Shown: piece after piece, positions 19,775 through 30,162 of the stretch | Numbering within the stretch: the first letter of the stretch is position 1 | How the letters are laid out: each line of letters begins with the position of its first letter | Source: Thermoanaerobaculia bacterium | Lineage (GTDB): Bacteria; Acidobacteriota; Thermoanaerobaculia; Multivoradales; Multivoraceae | DNA: 64,000 nt | Assembly (NCBI GenBank): GCA_963666565.1 | Contig: OY762911.1 | Location: 928,001 to 992,000, forward strand | Direction of reading: 5' to 3' | The notes under the pieces: model-generated | Databases searched by the model: none | What the model was told of the DNA's origin: nothing | The model's input: the letters and a program-made list of their open reading frames with translations, nothing else | Translations under genes and position numbers: made by a program

Positions 19775-21961
19775 CTAGAGCCATTGGTTTGTCGGTCTGG
19801 TCTTGAGCCGATCCGAGAACTCGCTCATCATCACCTTGGCCCTAGCCTCGTCGACTGCGAGAACGTCCTTGACGCGCCGCATCAGCTCGTGGAGTACGTC
19901 CTCCCGGACCCGATTGGACAGTCGAATTCCCAGCAGTGTCGGGAAGATCGAGGAGTAGGCTTCACGAACGTCTCGCGCTCTTGGCGCTAGCGCCAAGAAG
20001 TCCGCCAGAAACTCTGGCCGCATCATGTAGTCGGCACCCCGTTCTTTCACCAGATCACGAGTTACGGTACGGACCGTTGTCTCCTGAGTAACCCACCAAG
20101 TCCGATATCCGTAGGGGTTTGCCCGCTTGTCTTCCCCCATGCTCCGTCGCTTTCCGTAGACGCTGAGCACCATCTTCGCGTCGTTCTCTGCTAGGATTCG
20201 CAGCTTGCCAGGCCGCGCCCGGTCGAGCTCGTCAGCCAACCTCGCGATATCCGCCTTTGACGTAAAACGTGTAAGGTCCTGGGTGCTTACGTACTGCAGG
20301 CCGAACCGCTCCACTAGGTACTTCCTGATCTGCTCGCCTCCCCGGGGAAAACGCAGAGAGTCAGGATCGCAAATCTGTTGGATGAACTCCCTCCAGCTCC
20401 GGGGCCCCTCAACGCCCTCGGAAGGTGCGAGCTTCGCGTAAAAGTAGGCTCTAATGAGGATCTTCGGACAGTTCTTAGCGATCTCCAGGTTCACTAGGCG
20501 CTCAGCCGCTTCAAAGTAGGCTTCAAACTCTCGATCAGAACCGACGACGTGCGAGTGGACCTCCTCAGACGCTGGCTGTGACAGGAGCAGGTCCGCTCCT
20601 GCGTCGCGTAGGAGACAAAGTAGGTTACACGTCATCTGATCCTCGCGCCGAAGGTAGCGTTCGGAGAGAGCGCGCACTAAGATATCGGTTCCTATCAACA
20701 GGACGAGACTCTCCGACATCGACTGGAAGTAGTCCACGATGCGAGGCTCGACCTTGAGTGAGAATAGCAGCGAATAGGTTCTGGCGAGCTTCGAGAAGAG
20801 CGCGCGTTCGTCCTCGCTGCTCTCATAGAGCGCGGACCGCACCGCTTCGAGCACGGCACTTCTCGCCGTGATCGCAGCTGGCCCGCTCAGCTTCTCGTCC
20901 TCGAGCGCCGTGTCCACATGATCCGCGATGAAGAGATCTTCGTAGTTTCCGATTCTCTGCTCGAGGAAGGCGGCGAGCTCGAGGCCGCGCGCCTCAAAGG
21001 TGCTGCCGATGGCACGCAAAGCGACCCGCGCTGCTATACGAGGTGAAACCTCGTCGTTTAGTGTCTGGATCCTCTCTTCCATTCGGTTGAGCACACGAGC
21101 CTTCAGAGACTCGTCCGTAATGTTCTCTTCCGCCACCAATCTTCGAGTTTCGTACGGAAGGCAATAGAGGTCGTCTTGGACGTAGCGGCGAATCTCCCGG
21201 CCCGTCGCGTTCCCCTTGGAAGAGAGCTGAGCAAGGCGGTCGTCCAACACAGGCTCAATGAACTGTCGAGCGGCCGGCAGAACGGTAGCTATCTTCTCAA
21301 CAATGTCCTGCCTGGACGCGAGCTGACCCTCGTCAGGGTCCGTTCCCTCCAACGCCCAGAGGATCAGGCTGTCGCATACGGGCTCGAGGAGATCACCGCT
21401 ATTCCTTCGGCGTTCGACTTCCTGGCCCAAGAAAACGCACATTGCACGATAGTCGACATGATCGGTCTTCTCGATAAGGGTGGCGCCGCCGAGGTTGTCG
21501 AGAAACGCCAGGTACTTCCTCAGATAGCTGTCGAACGCCGCGACCGTCGCCAGCGAGTGATTGACGTTGGCTACGATCCAATTGGCGTCGCGGATGCGTA
21601 CGAACACGCCCGTGTCTTGGGTGAGATCTTCTTGATCCAAATCGATGTGTTTGACGGACTGGGCGGTTACGTAGGTGAGGGCCTTTGGATCGCGTCCGAA
21701 GCTCTTCAGGCGATCAACCGTCTGTCGTATCTTGTGCTTGTGGTTTGCCTGTGTGCTGGCCTGAACGAAGCGCTTCCCGCCTTGATCTTGACGAACCTCA
21801 TTGTCAAAGAAGCCATCCGCTCCACCGTCATGGACGCCACCGAGCGGCACGTACTCGACACCAGACACCTCGGTGAGCATCACGTGAGCGAAGCGCTCGA
21901 AGTCGCTGCCGCCGACTTGTGTAAGGGCGATTTCGACGAGTTTATGGTCAATCGCTTTCAT
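19775..21961 (-). CDS. Hypothetical protein: N-terminal restriction-endonuclease-like domain plus C-terminal PIN-like region
   Basis: FERF..GGVHDGGADG..FVQAS at the N-terminus; LLIGTDILV..EEV..NDA..WVTQE at the C-terminus; visibly lower GC than the flanks. Confidence 0.6.
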   Translation of the reverse strand: MKAIDHKLVEIALTQVGGSDFERFAHVMLTEVSGVEYVPLGGVHDGGADGFFDNEVRQDQGGKRFVQASTQANHKHKIRQTVDRLKSFGRDPKALTYVTAQSVKHIDLDQEDLTQDTGVFVRIRDANWIVANVNHSLATVAAFDSYLRKYLAFLDNLGGATLIEKTDHVDYRAMCVFLGQEVERRRNSGDLLEPVCDSLILWALEGTDPDEGQLASRQDIVEKIATVLPAARQFIEPVLDDRLAQLSSKGNATGREIRRYVQDDLYCLPYETRRLVAEENITDESLKARVLNRMEERIQTLNDEVSPRIAARVALRAIGSTFEARGLELAAFLEQRIGNYEDLFIADHVDTALEDEKLSGPAAITARSAVLEAVRSALYESSEDERALFSKLARTYSLLFSLKVEPRIVDYFQSMSESLVLLIGTDILVRALSERYLRREDQMTCNLLCLLRDAGADLLLSQPASEEVHSHVVGSDREFEAYFEAAERLVNLEIAKNCPKILIRAYFYAKLAPSEGVEGPRSWREFIQQICDPDSLRFPRGGEQIRKYLVERFGLQYVSTQDLTRFTSKADIARLADELDRARPGKLRILAENDAKMVLSVYGKRRSMGEDKRANPYGYRTWWVTQETTVRTVTRDLVKERGADYMMRPEFLADFLALAPRARDVREAYSSIFPTLLGIRLSNRVREDVLHELMRRVKDVLAVDEARAKVMMSEFSDRLKTRPTNQWL

Positions 21962-22067
21962 TGGTGGGCTGAGGCGATCGCGAGCTACAGAAGAGGGCTT
22001 CGAGTGGCATGCGAGGCTACCATAAGGTGACGTGGTCCCCATGGACTCGACAGGTGACTAAGGAACG

Positions 22068-23174
22068 TCACTGGACCAGGGGACCGCTGATCTCTCGCTC
22101 GACGGTATCGAGAGGCTCGTCCAGAAGCGCCGCCGCCCGCACTGGCGAGATGAGCTGCTCGGCTAGGGCTCGCCAGACGAGACGCTTGAAGCGGCGGGGC
22201 TTCTCGAAGGCCGCGAAACCGTGGCCCTCGGGGATGGGTTCCGGTTCCGACTTGCGCCAGGAGCGGGCGTAGGTGATGAAGGCGTGCCGGACGGTCGCGG
22301 ACGGCAGGATGCCGACCTGGCCGAGGCGCAACAGCATCGCCGACGCCGAGACGCCATAGGCGCGCTTCAGACCCACGATCTCGTGGTAGGTGACCCGGCT
22401 GCGCCGGCGGCCCACTGCCTCCAGAAGATGCTCCGCCGGGACGAGAAAGGCGCCGGCGAAGCGGTTCATCGCGGCTTCCTGCTTGATCGCCGGGTTGTCG
22501 ATCGAGCCGATGACGCGGTGGGCAAGCTCGTGGGCGAGGGTCAGACGTTTGCGTTCGAGGCTGATCCGGCTGGAGACCATGACAGCCTCCGCGACGGGCT
22601 CCCCGCTTCGGAGCACGCGGCAGGCCAGGCCGTGAACGCGTTCGGGAAGGTCCTCCTCGACGACCTTGATCCCCTTGTCCTCAAGAAGCTCGCAGAGGCT
22701 GGGAAGCGGTTCCATGCCGAGATTCCAGGCCTCGCGCAGGGCATTGGCCCTGGAGTCGATCTCGGCTTCGCTGACGATGCCGTTGCGCCGCAGCCGGTTG
22801 GCCCACTCGACGGAGGCGGGAAGATCGAGGATCTGCTCGATCGCCAGATAGCGCTCAAGGGTGTCGATCAGGATCGCCTCCGCCCTGTCGCGGTCGCGGG
22901 CGGTGCTGCGGGAGTGCTTGCGGAACTCGAGTCCGTCGAGAGACTCGACCTGGCCGCTCATCAGGAAGTCCAGGGAGACATCGAGAGCCTTGCCCAGCCC
23001 GACCAGAACCGCCGACGACGGGAGCATCTTGCCGGTTTCGTACTTGCTGATCGCCTGTGCGCTGACCTTGGGGGTCATCCGGTCGGCGAGCGCGCGCATG
23101 GAGAGGCCCGACCGCTTTCGTGCGAGACGGAGTCGTTGTCCGAACCTGGCGCCTGCCCTCCGTGAATCAACCAT
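22068..23174 (-). CDS. XRE-family HTH fused to ImmA/IrrE metallopeptidase
   Basis: RLRLARKRSGLS..AISKYETG helix-turn-helix; TLAHELAH and NRFAGAFLVP. Confidence 0.9.
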   Translation of the reverse strand: MVDSRRAGARFGQRLRLARKRSGLSMRALADRMTPKVSAQAISKYETGKMLPSSAVLVGLGKALDVSLDFLMSGQVESLDGLEFRKHSRSTARDRDRAEAILIDTLERYLAIEQILDLPASVEWANRLRRNGIVSEAEIDSRANALREAWNLGMEPLPSLCELLEDKGIKVVEEDLPERVHGLACRVLRSGEPVAEAVMVSSRISLERKRLTLAHELAHRVIGSIDNPAIKQEAAMNRFAGAFLVPAEHLLEAVGRRRSRVTYHEIVGLKRAYGVSASAMLLRLGQVGILPSATVRHAFITYARSWRKSEPEPIPEGHGFAAFEKPRRFKRLVWRALAEQLISPVRAAALLDEPLDTVEREISGPLVQ

Positions 23175-23411
23175 GAGTAGACAGATAGACGGTAAGAACA
23201 GTGTAGTGTAAACCGGGCCTGCAGTCACGTCGCGGCTGGCTGCGGGGGAGGAAGCTCTCGAGTGGGTGCGCCGGGGTGCCGTCCGTGCGCCCGATGGCGG
23301 GCGCCCGGACCGGTTCGCGGGTGACGCGGGTCGCGCCACTCGGGTTCCCGCCGGCTTCCGCCGCACGCGGCTATGAGACGCGCCGGCCGCGGGCCGGCTC
23401 CGCTTCGGGCG

Positions 23412-24290
23412 CTATCCGCCCCGCTGCGCCCGGATCCGCGCGATCGCCTTCGCGACGTCGTACCGGTCGTCTCCCTCGTAGCGAGGCGCCTGCTCGGCGA
23501 ACGCGGCCTCGACGTCGTTCCACCGCGTGTGCGCGTACTCGATGACGTGGGGATGGGTCAGCAGGTAGAAGCGGTCTTCGCGGATCTGCTGGAGCACCAT
23601 GTCGGCGGCCTCGTCCGCGGACATCGCGTGCTCGGCGCTGAGTTTGCCCCCGGCCGGATTGGCCTCCCGGGGACCGCCGAGGTGCTCGGGCCGGCGCTCC
23701 GAGGAACGCCAGATGCTCGTCGCCACCCAACCGGGGCAGAAGACGCTGACGCCGACGTGCTCTGGCAGTTCGGCGCGCAGCACGTCGGAGATGGCGAGTA
23801 CGGCGTGCTTCGAGGCGGTGTACACGGCGGAACCCGGGAAGGGGATGCCGAGACTGTGCTCGGAGCCCGTGTTCACGATGCGGGATTCCCTGCCGCCCTC
23901 GATGAAGCGGGGCGCGAATACGCGGATGCCGTTCAGCACGCCCTCGACGTTCACGCTGAGGATCCAGCGCACGTCGTCGGCGCTGAACCCGTAGGCCGGC
24001 GCCCGGCCCGCGCCGACGCCGGCGTTGTTGAACAGCAGTTCGACGGACCCGAAGGCCGCCCAGGCGTCGTCGGCCAGGCGCTCGAGATCCTCTTCCCGCG
24101 CGACGTCGACGCGCGCCGCCAGCGCCTTCGCGCCGAGGGCTTCCGCTTCGCGGGCGACGCTCTCCGCGGCGTCCTGTTCCACGTCGGCGACCGCGACGTT
24201 GACGCCGTCGCGCGCCAGGGCCAGCGCGATGGCGCGGCCGATGCCGTTGCCGCCTCCGGTGATGACTGCCGAACGGCCTTCCAGCTCCAT
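23412..24290 (-). CDS. SDR family oxidoreductase
   Basis: TGGGNGIG, NNAGV, YTASK. Confidence 0.92.
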   Translation of the reverse strand: MELEGRSAVITGGGNGIGRAIALALARDGVNVAVADVEQDAAESVAREAEALGAKALAARVDVAREEDLERLADDAWAAFGSVELLFNNAGVGAGRAPAYGFSADDVRWILSVNVEGVLNGIRVFAPRFIEGGRESRIVNTGSEHSLGIPFPGSAVYTASKHAVLAISDVLRAELPEHVGVSVFCPGWVATSIWRSSERRPEHLGGPREANPAGGKLSAEHAMSADEAADMVLQQIREDRFYLLTHPHVIEYAHTRWNDVEAAFAEQAPRYEGDDRYDVAKAIARIRAQRGG

Positions 24291-24403
24291 TGTTCGATCT
24301 CCTTGTGAGGATTGAGGGAGTGTCGCAAGGGCGCCCCGACCCAAGGGAAGGCGGGCATTCTGCCCGCGCCCGGTGCGAAGCGACAGTCGGCTTCGGGCGG
24401 CGC

Positions 24404-25471
24404 CTACCCTCGCAGGAGCGGCAGGACGTCTTCGGTGAACCGCTCCGCGGCCTCCCGGCCAGGAGCGCTCGGTGCCAGGAAGTTCGGCCCGGCAACCGCG
24501 AACTTCTCGATGCCGAGGTCGAGCAGAGCCTCGAGCCTGACCGCGCAGTGCTCGGGGCTGCCAACGATCGCGTAGCCGTCGATGAACTCGTCCGTGAGCG
24601 CGGTCGTCTGCTGCCCGCCCTCCCGGCCGTGGGCGGTCATGTCGTAGCGGTCGTGGATGTTGCGGAACACCTCCGTCTGCTGCTCGTCGGCCGGACCGGA
24701 GATCTCTCCGTACATGACGGAGAAGCGGGCGAAGAGCCCGGTGGAGGCCCGCCCGAGTTCGCGGCCGACTTCCGGATCGTCGCAGCAGACAACGTTCACG
24801 TAGGCGCCGAACCGGAGTGACGCCGGATCGCGGCCGGCCTCGGCCGCGGCGCTGCGGGCCGTCTCGATGCCCCAGGCGACACGCTTCGGGTCGGCGCCGA
24901 CGGCGAGCATGACCCGGTCGGCCTGCCGGGCGGCGATCCCGATCACCTTCGGCCCGGTGGCCGCGACCTCGACCGGGACCTTCGGACCGTCGCCGATCCA
25001 GCGGATGCTGCTCGCGGAGGGCCCGTGGGCAAGCCCGAGCTTCTTCGCGAGCGGGGCCGCTTCGTCCGGGATGCCCGTGTCCTCGAAGGCCACCTCCTCG
25101 CCGCGGAGGTACTTCTGCAGAACGAGCAGATAGTCCTCGAACCAGCCGAGGCGGGCAGGCGCGCGGCCAAGGTGCGCCAGCGCGCTGTCGCCGCGCCCGA
25201 TGCCCAGCACCATGCGTCCCCGCGAGACCCGCTGCACGGAGAGCGCCGAGGAAGCGGTCGTCGCCGGGTGGCGGGTGACCGGATTCGTCACCGATGTCGC
25301 GACCCGCAGCGTTTCCGTCGCGGTAGCGCCCAGCGCGAGGCAAACGTAGGGATCGCCGGAGAGGTTCTGCGAATCGACGACGTTCATGCCGTCCCAGCCC
25401 CTGGCCTCCGCCTGACGGGCGAACTCGGCACTCCGGGTCGGCGCGGCGACGGTTGCGGTCCAGAACTCCAT
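24404..25471 (-). CDS. LLM-class flavin-dependent oxidoreductase
   Basis: DSQNL.GDPY, VTNPVTRHP, GRMVLGIGRGDS, AATGPK. Confidence 0.9.
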   Translation of the reverse strand: MEFWTATVAAPTRSAEFARQAEARGWDGMNVVDSQNLSGDPYVCLALGATATETLRVATSVTNPVTRHPATTASSALSVQRVSRGRMVLGIGRGDSALAHLGRAPARLGWFEDYLLVLQKYLRGEEVAFEDTGIPDEAAPLAKKLGLAHGPSASSIRWIGDGPKVPVEVAATGPKVIGIAARQADRVMLAVGADPKRVAWGIETARSAAAEAGRDPASLRFGAYVNVVCCDDPEVGRELGRASTGLFARFSVMYGEISGPADEQQTEVFRNIHDRYDMTAHGREGGQQTTALTDEFIDGYAIVGSPEHCAVRLEALLDLGIEKFAVAGPNFLAPSAPGREAAERFTEDVLPLLRG

Positions 25472-25490
25472 TGGGCGTCTTCCTTCCTGC

Positions 25491-26177
25491 TCAGTCCCGT
25501 GAGCGCGCACGATATCCGTCGGCCAGGTCGCGAATCTCCCGGTTCTCGAGGATCCCCTCACGGCGTCCGTCCAGCGTCGCCTGGAGCATCGCTTCGCCGA
25601 TCGCCCGGTTGCCAACGGTGAGCGACCGAAACCCGCGGAGCAGGGCGCCGATCGCGGCGCCCATGCGGTGGTATGCCGTCATGCGGTCGGGCTTCACCTC
25701 GTGGAGGATGCCGGCGGGCCGCCAGCAGACGCAGCCGCCGAGTCCGAGCTCGCACAGGGCCTGCTCGGTTTCCGCCTTGACGCGGGCCCAGTTCATCCGG
25801 CTCTCCAGGCTCGTGCCGGAACCGCTCACGAAGTGGAAGATCGCCTGCGGACTCGCCGCGAGCACCGCTCGTCCGGCCGCGAGCGCGAAGTCGTAGGTGA
25901 TCCGCCGGTACTCGGCCGGATCGCGGACTTCGCTGGAGGAACGCCCGAGGCAGAAGCACACCGCGTCGAGCCCTTCGAGGCTGTCCCGGATCGGACGGAG
26001 ATCCAGGAAATCCCGGCACTCCACCGGACGCAGGCGAGGCGCCGAGTACGGCAACGGACGCCGGGAGACCGCGCGCACTTCGGCGACCCGGGAGTCGTCG
26101 AGCCAGGCGCGAGCAACGCCGGCGCCGACCAAACCCGTCGGCCCGAAGACCACGGCCTTGAGTTGCGGGTTGCTCAT
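25491..26177 (-). CDS. NAD(P)-binding epimerase / TIP30-like oxidoreductase
   Basis: FGPTGLVG, CFCLG, WARVKAETE. Confidence 0.8.
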   Translation of the reverse strand: MSNPQLKAVVFGPTGLVGAGVARAWLDDSRVAEVRAVSRRPLPYSAPRLRPVECRDFLDLRPIRDSLEGLDAVCFCLGRSSSEVRDPAEYRRITYDFALAAGRAVLAASPQAIFHFVSGSGTSLESRMNWARVKAETEQALCELGLGGCVCWRPAGILHEVKPDRMTAYHRMGAAIGALLRGFRSLTVGNRAIGEAMLQATLDGRREGILENREIRDLADGYRARSRD

Positions 26178-26323
26178 ATGGTCAGCGGAGACAGCAGCGG
26201 TGGGTGGCTGGGGCCGCGCTACTTGCTGCGCCCCGGCGGCCTTGTTGTCCGCGCCGCTCCGCGGTCAGCGGTCCTTGGCGAGGAGGAACCCGTCGGACGG
26301 CAGGTCCGAACCGAGCGCTGGCG

Positions 26324-26701
26324 TCAGTCGAAGGTCCACTCGCGGGGCTCCTTGCCCTCTTCGGGCTGAGCCTCGCGGACGACGACCGCCGGGGTTGCTC
26401 CCTGCTCATAGGTGAAGACGTACTTCAGGGCCTTCCGGTTCTCCTCCGGCACCGGGTCGGCATGGGTGGCCAGTTCCGGGCCGTCGAACACGTTGAACTG
26501 GCAGAACTCCTCGGCCTGGCAGATGAAGCGGGCCATCTGGACCCAGTCCTCCATCTTCGTGTCGGGCTCGATCCAGGCGCCGAACGACAGGCCGGTCAGA
26601 CCGACGATGTTGAGCGGCGGCGGCGCGTCGCCCTGCTGCTGGGCCGCGGCGCCGAGCGGCAGGAGGAGTGAGATGGCGAGGACGAGCGCGCGTCGATTCA
26701 T
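26324..26701 (-). CDS. Small secreted hypothetical protein
   Basis: Signal peptide MNRRALVLAISLLL..AAA-Q; ATGA overlap with the esterase stop. Confidence 0.7.
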   Translation of the reverse strand: MNRRALVLAISLLLPLGAAAQQQGDAPPPLNIVGLTGLSFGAWIEPDTKMEDWVQMARFICQAEEFCQFNVFDGPELATHADPVPEENRKALKYVFTYEQGATPAVVVREAQPEEGKEPREWTFD

Positions 26702-28308
26702 GGCTGGGTCACCTCGAAGAAACGGTCCCATAATGCCATGCGGTCCCGGTGGAGGTGACTGCCGGCCTCGATCGTCAAACCGAACTCGAGGTGCCGGGCC
26801 GTGTCCGGCTTGAACTCGGGCCACGCCGGAAGGTCCGGGCCGCCCGGCGGGTTCGGGTCGCCGGCGGACGCGAAGGCGACCCAGTAGCCGGACATCGCCT
26901 CGGCGAGTTCACGGTCCTCCTCCGCGTACTCGTAGTCCAGCTTGTCCAGGTTGTCGAACGCGTAGGCGATCTCGGCCGCGTGGTAGGCGCCGTAGAACTC
27001 CTTCTCGGGGTGTGGCGGGGCGTGCGTGAAGAGATAGAGCCAAGCCGGCGAGGACACGGTCTCCGAGAGCGTCGCCCAGGTCTTCATGTGCCAAGCGAAG
27101 ACGCGGTCGGAGAAGGCGTCGATGAAGGCGCGCCTCGCGTCCGCGTCGGTGGCCACGGGATAGGCCTCGAAGAAGGCGTCGGCCACGTCGGGGAACTGGC
27201 TCTTCACCAAGAACTCGACGCCGGACTTGTTGGAAGGCAGCATGCGGCCCATCAGGCTGGTCGCCTCGTCGCGGTTCGAGCCTACGAGCACCGGCACGTC
27301 GGCCTGCTCGCCGGCCCGGTAGATCTCGGCGACCTGCTTCGGCAGCACCCAGCCGTCGACGTTCGGCCTCGTCGCGAAGGCGCCCTGCTTCGAGGCCTCG
27401 GCCAGGATCGCCTCGGCGTCCAGTTCGCGCAGGCGGGCCGCCGCGGCCTCGCCATCGCCTTCGATGCCGAGACGCTTCGCGAACGCCTCGCCGGCGCTCT
27501 CGGCCGAGCCATCTTCGGACGAGCCGCCTTCGGACTGCCGCAACGCCGGCAGGCCGTCGAAGAAGCCGCCGCTCTGGCCGATCGCCCGGTGGAACAGGCC
27601 GCGCGCCAAGGGCGAAGCCTGCAGCACGTTGACGCTCCAGGCGCCGGCCGACTCGCCGAAGATCGTCACGCGGTCAGGGTCGCCGCCGAAGGTCGCGATG
27701 TTGTCCCGCACCCACTGCAGGGCGAAGATCTGGTCCAGGACGCCGTAGTTGCCGGAAACCCCCTGGTCGGACTCGGCCGACAGGGCAGGATGGGCAAGAT
27801 ACCCGAAGGCGCCCAGCCGGTAGTTCACCGTCACCACGACGACGCCCTTTCGCGCCAGCGCCGTGCCGTCGTAGAGCGGCAGCGAACCCGATCCGCGGGT
27901 GAGCGCGCCGCCGTGGATCCAGACCATCACCGGCAGGCGATCGCCCTCGCCGCCCGCGGTCCAGAGGTTGAGGTACAGGCAGTCCTCGCTCACTTCGACC
28001 AAGGGCTGGGCGTAGAAGCCGCCCTCTGGGTACGGCGCCTGCATGCAGGACGGCGGCTCGACGATCGCGTCGATGGGCGTTCTGCCCGGGGTCACGGGCC
28101 GCGGCGGCCGGAAGCGGAGGTCACCGAGCGGCGGCTCCGCGTAGGGAATGCCGAGATAGGTGTGGAAGTCGGGCTCGTCCTCGCCGACGAAGCCCATCAC
28201 GTAGCCGCTCGTGGTCAACTTGACCGGGCCGAACTGAGCCGCAGCCGCGGAGACAATAGAGAAGAAGGCGGCCGAGGCGAACGCGAAGCGGCTGGCAAGG
28301 GGAGTCAT
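26698..28308 (-). CDS. Type-B carboxylesterase, secreted
   Basis: LGIPYAEPP, SEDCLYLN, WIHGG, FGESAG, AYHAAE. Confidence 0.93.
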   Translation of the reverse strand: MTPLASRFAFASAAFFSIVSAAAAQFGPVKLTTSGYVMGFVGEDEPDFHTYLGIPYAEPPLGDLRFRPPRPVTPGRTPIDAIVEPPSCMQAPYPEGGFYAQPLVEVSEDCLYLNLWTAGGEGDRLPVMVWIHGGALTRGSGSLPLYDGTALARKGVVVVTVNYRLGAFGYLAHPALSAESDQGVSGNYGVLDQIFALQWVRDNIATFGGDPDRVTIFGESAGAWSVNVLQASPLARGLFHRAIGQSGGFFDGLPALRQSEGGSSEDGSAESAGEAFAKRLGIEGDGEAAAARLRELDAEAILAEASKQGAFATRPNVDGWVLPKQVAEIYRAGEQADVPVLVGSNRDEATSLMGRMLPSNKSGVEFLVKSQFPDVADAFFEAYPVATDADARRAFIDAFSDRVFAWHMKTWATLSETVSSPAWLYLFTHAPPHPEKEFYGAYHAAEIAYAFDNLDKLDYEYAEEDRELAEAMSGYWVAFASAGDPNPPGGPDLPAWPEFKPDTARHLEFGLTIEAGSHLHRDRMALWDRFFEVTQP

Positions 28309-28333
28309 CGGCCGGTTCTATCGCACGCCGCGC

Positions 28334-29587
28334 CTACTTGGCGACATCGTAGGACGTCAGCGATTCCTGATCCCGGATGTAGAACGCGCCGTTGGCGACC
28401 ACCGGATGCGCCCAGGTGAAGTCGCCGCGGTACTCGATCTCGAACCGGCCCCGCTCCTCGTAGCCCTCGGGCGTGGCGACCGCCAGCCCGACCTTGTTCT
28501 TCTCGCTGAGAAGGAAGAGCTTGCCGTCGGCCATCACCAGGGAACCCTTGCCGACGCTGCGCGCGCGCCAGTGGACTTCGCCCGTCTCGATGTCGACGCT
28601 CGTCAGCGCGGGGCCGAAGAAGCTGTAGAGCGTCCCCTCGTGGGCAACGACGCCGCCGTGGTGGTTCTGGAGCCGGGTCTCGAAGTACGCCTGCTCACTG
28701 GAGAAGGAACCGCCCTCGGCTTCGACGGCGACCCGGACCGCGCCGCCGCCGATGCCGTAGGACGCCGAGTAGAAGACGAGGTCGCCGTCGAGAACCGGCG
28801 TGGCGATGTTGATCGCGTTCACGGTGGACGGCCGCTCGTAGCGCCACAGCAAGGCGCCGTCCTCGGCGCGTACGCCGACGCCGGCTTGGCCGGTGAATCC
28901 GATCAGCACCTCGACGCCGTCCAGCTCGCGCAAGATGAGCGAGGAGTAGGAGGCCGCGTCGGCCAGTTCGGCCGAACGCCAGATCGTGCTCCCGTCGCCG
29001 GCCGAGAGGGCAGCGATGGCGCCGTCCGGGCCGCCCGGCATGACGAACACCCGGTCGCGGACGACGAGCGGCGACTCGCTGATGCCCCAGCGGGTGTTCG
29101 GGCTGCCGAAACGCTCGAGCATGTTGAACTGCCAGATCACCTCGCCGGTTTGCTTCGCGAGCTTCGCGACCTCGCCCATCCCGTTCTGCACGAAGAGCGA
29201 GTCGCCATCGATCGTCGGCGTCGAGCGGGGGCCGTCGCCCCTGTCGAGGTGGTCGTAAAGGGGGCCCAGCTTCCGCATCCAGACCTCGCCGCCGTCGCCG
29301 GCGCGCAGCCGGAAGACCGCGCTCTGGCCGTCGCGGGTACCCTGAACGTAGATCGCATCGCCCTCGACGGCGACCGTCCCGTAGCCCTGGCCCAGCGTCT
29401 CGATCCGCCAGTTGACGGCCGGGCCCTCCGGCGGCCACTCGTCCAGGAGACCGGTCTCGGCCGAGATCCCGGCGCGGTCGGGCCCGCGCCATTGCAGCCA
29501 GTCGTCCGCGTACGCGGCCGCCCCGAATCCGGCGGCTATCGCGGCCACAGGGAACAGGCGAGTTCCTCTCAGGATCATCATGCGCAT
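28334..29587 (-). CDS. PQQ-like beta-propeller (BamB-like) protein
   Basis: DWLQWRGP.R.G, GPRSTP, repeated G..W blades, TWAHPVV. Confidence 0.85.
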   Translation of the reverse strand: MRMMILRGTRLFPVAAIAAGFGAAAYADDWLQWRGPDRAGISAETGLLDEWPPEGPAVNWRIETLGQGYGTVAVEGDAIYVQGTRDGQSAVFRLRAGDGGEVWMRKLGPLYDHLDRGDGPRSTPTIDGDSLFVQNGMGEVAKLAKQTGEVIWQFNMLERFGSPNTRWGISESPLVVRDRVFVMPGGPDGAIAALSAGDGSTIWRSAELADAASYSSLILRELDGVEVLIGFTGQAGVGVRAEDGALLWRYERPSTVNAINIATPVLDGDLVFYSASYGIGGGAVRVAVEAEGGSFSSEQAYFETRLQNHHGGVVAHEGTLYSFFGPALTSVDIETGEVHWRARSVGKGSLVMADGKLFLLSEKNKVGLAVATPEGYEERGRFEIEYRGDFTWAHPVVANGAFYIRDQESLTSYDVAK

Positions 29588-29874
29588 CGTCGCTCCCAAA
29601 GTTACTGGCTGGCCGGCCAGCATTATACTGGCCAGCCGTACCGTACCCGGAGCGTACTCGCTCGGGGTTCCGCGAGCGCACCGCGGGGCGGACATCCACA
29701 ACGAAGCGATCACGGCGTCCCTGTCGGTGAAGCCCGGCCAGGACCTACCTGGAGGAGAACGTGGAAACGGCGAGCGTTGAACTCGTCGACCACGCGGTCG
29801 CGGAACTCGACGCTCTCTTCGTACCCGAGAGAGTGGCCGGGCCGTGGTGAACGGTGTTACCGTACACTCGTGGC

Positions 29875-30162
29875 GTGATCGTTCGTTCCGTCCGTCACCG
29901 GGGACTGCGTCGCCTGCTCGAAGACGACAACCCCCGGTTTCTGCCGCAGAAGCTCGTAGACCGGGTGCGCAAGGTCTTGACCGTGTTGATTCTGGCCGAG
30001 CACATCGACGAGTTTCTTGCCGCTGCGCCCCCTGGCTGGCGGGTGCATCGGCTCTCGGGCAACCGGCGGGAATGGAGCGTCTCGGTCTCGGGCAACTGGC
30101 GGATCACGTTCGAGGAAACGGACGAATACGTGGCCCGTTTGAATCTGGAGGACTACCACTGA
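29875..30162 (+). CDS. higB: HigB/RelE-like toxin
   Basis: IRSVRHRGL-like start, WRVHRLSG, WSVSVSGNWRITF, LEDYH. Confidence 0.9.
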   Translation: MIVRSVRHRGLRRLLEDDNPRFLPQKLVDRVRKVLTVLILAEHIDEFLAAAPPGWRVHRLSGNRREWSVSVSGNWRITFEETDEYVARLNLEDYH

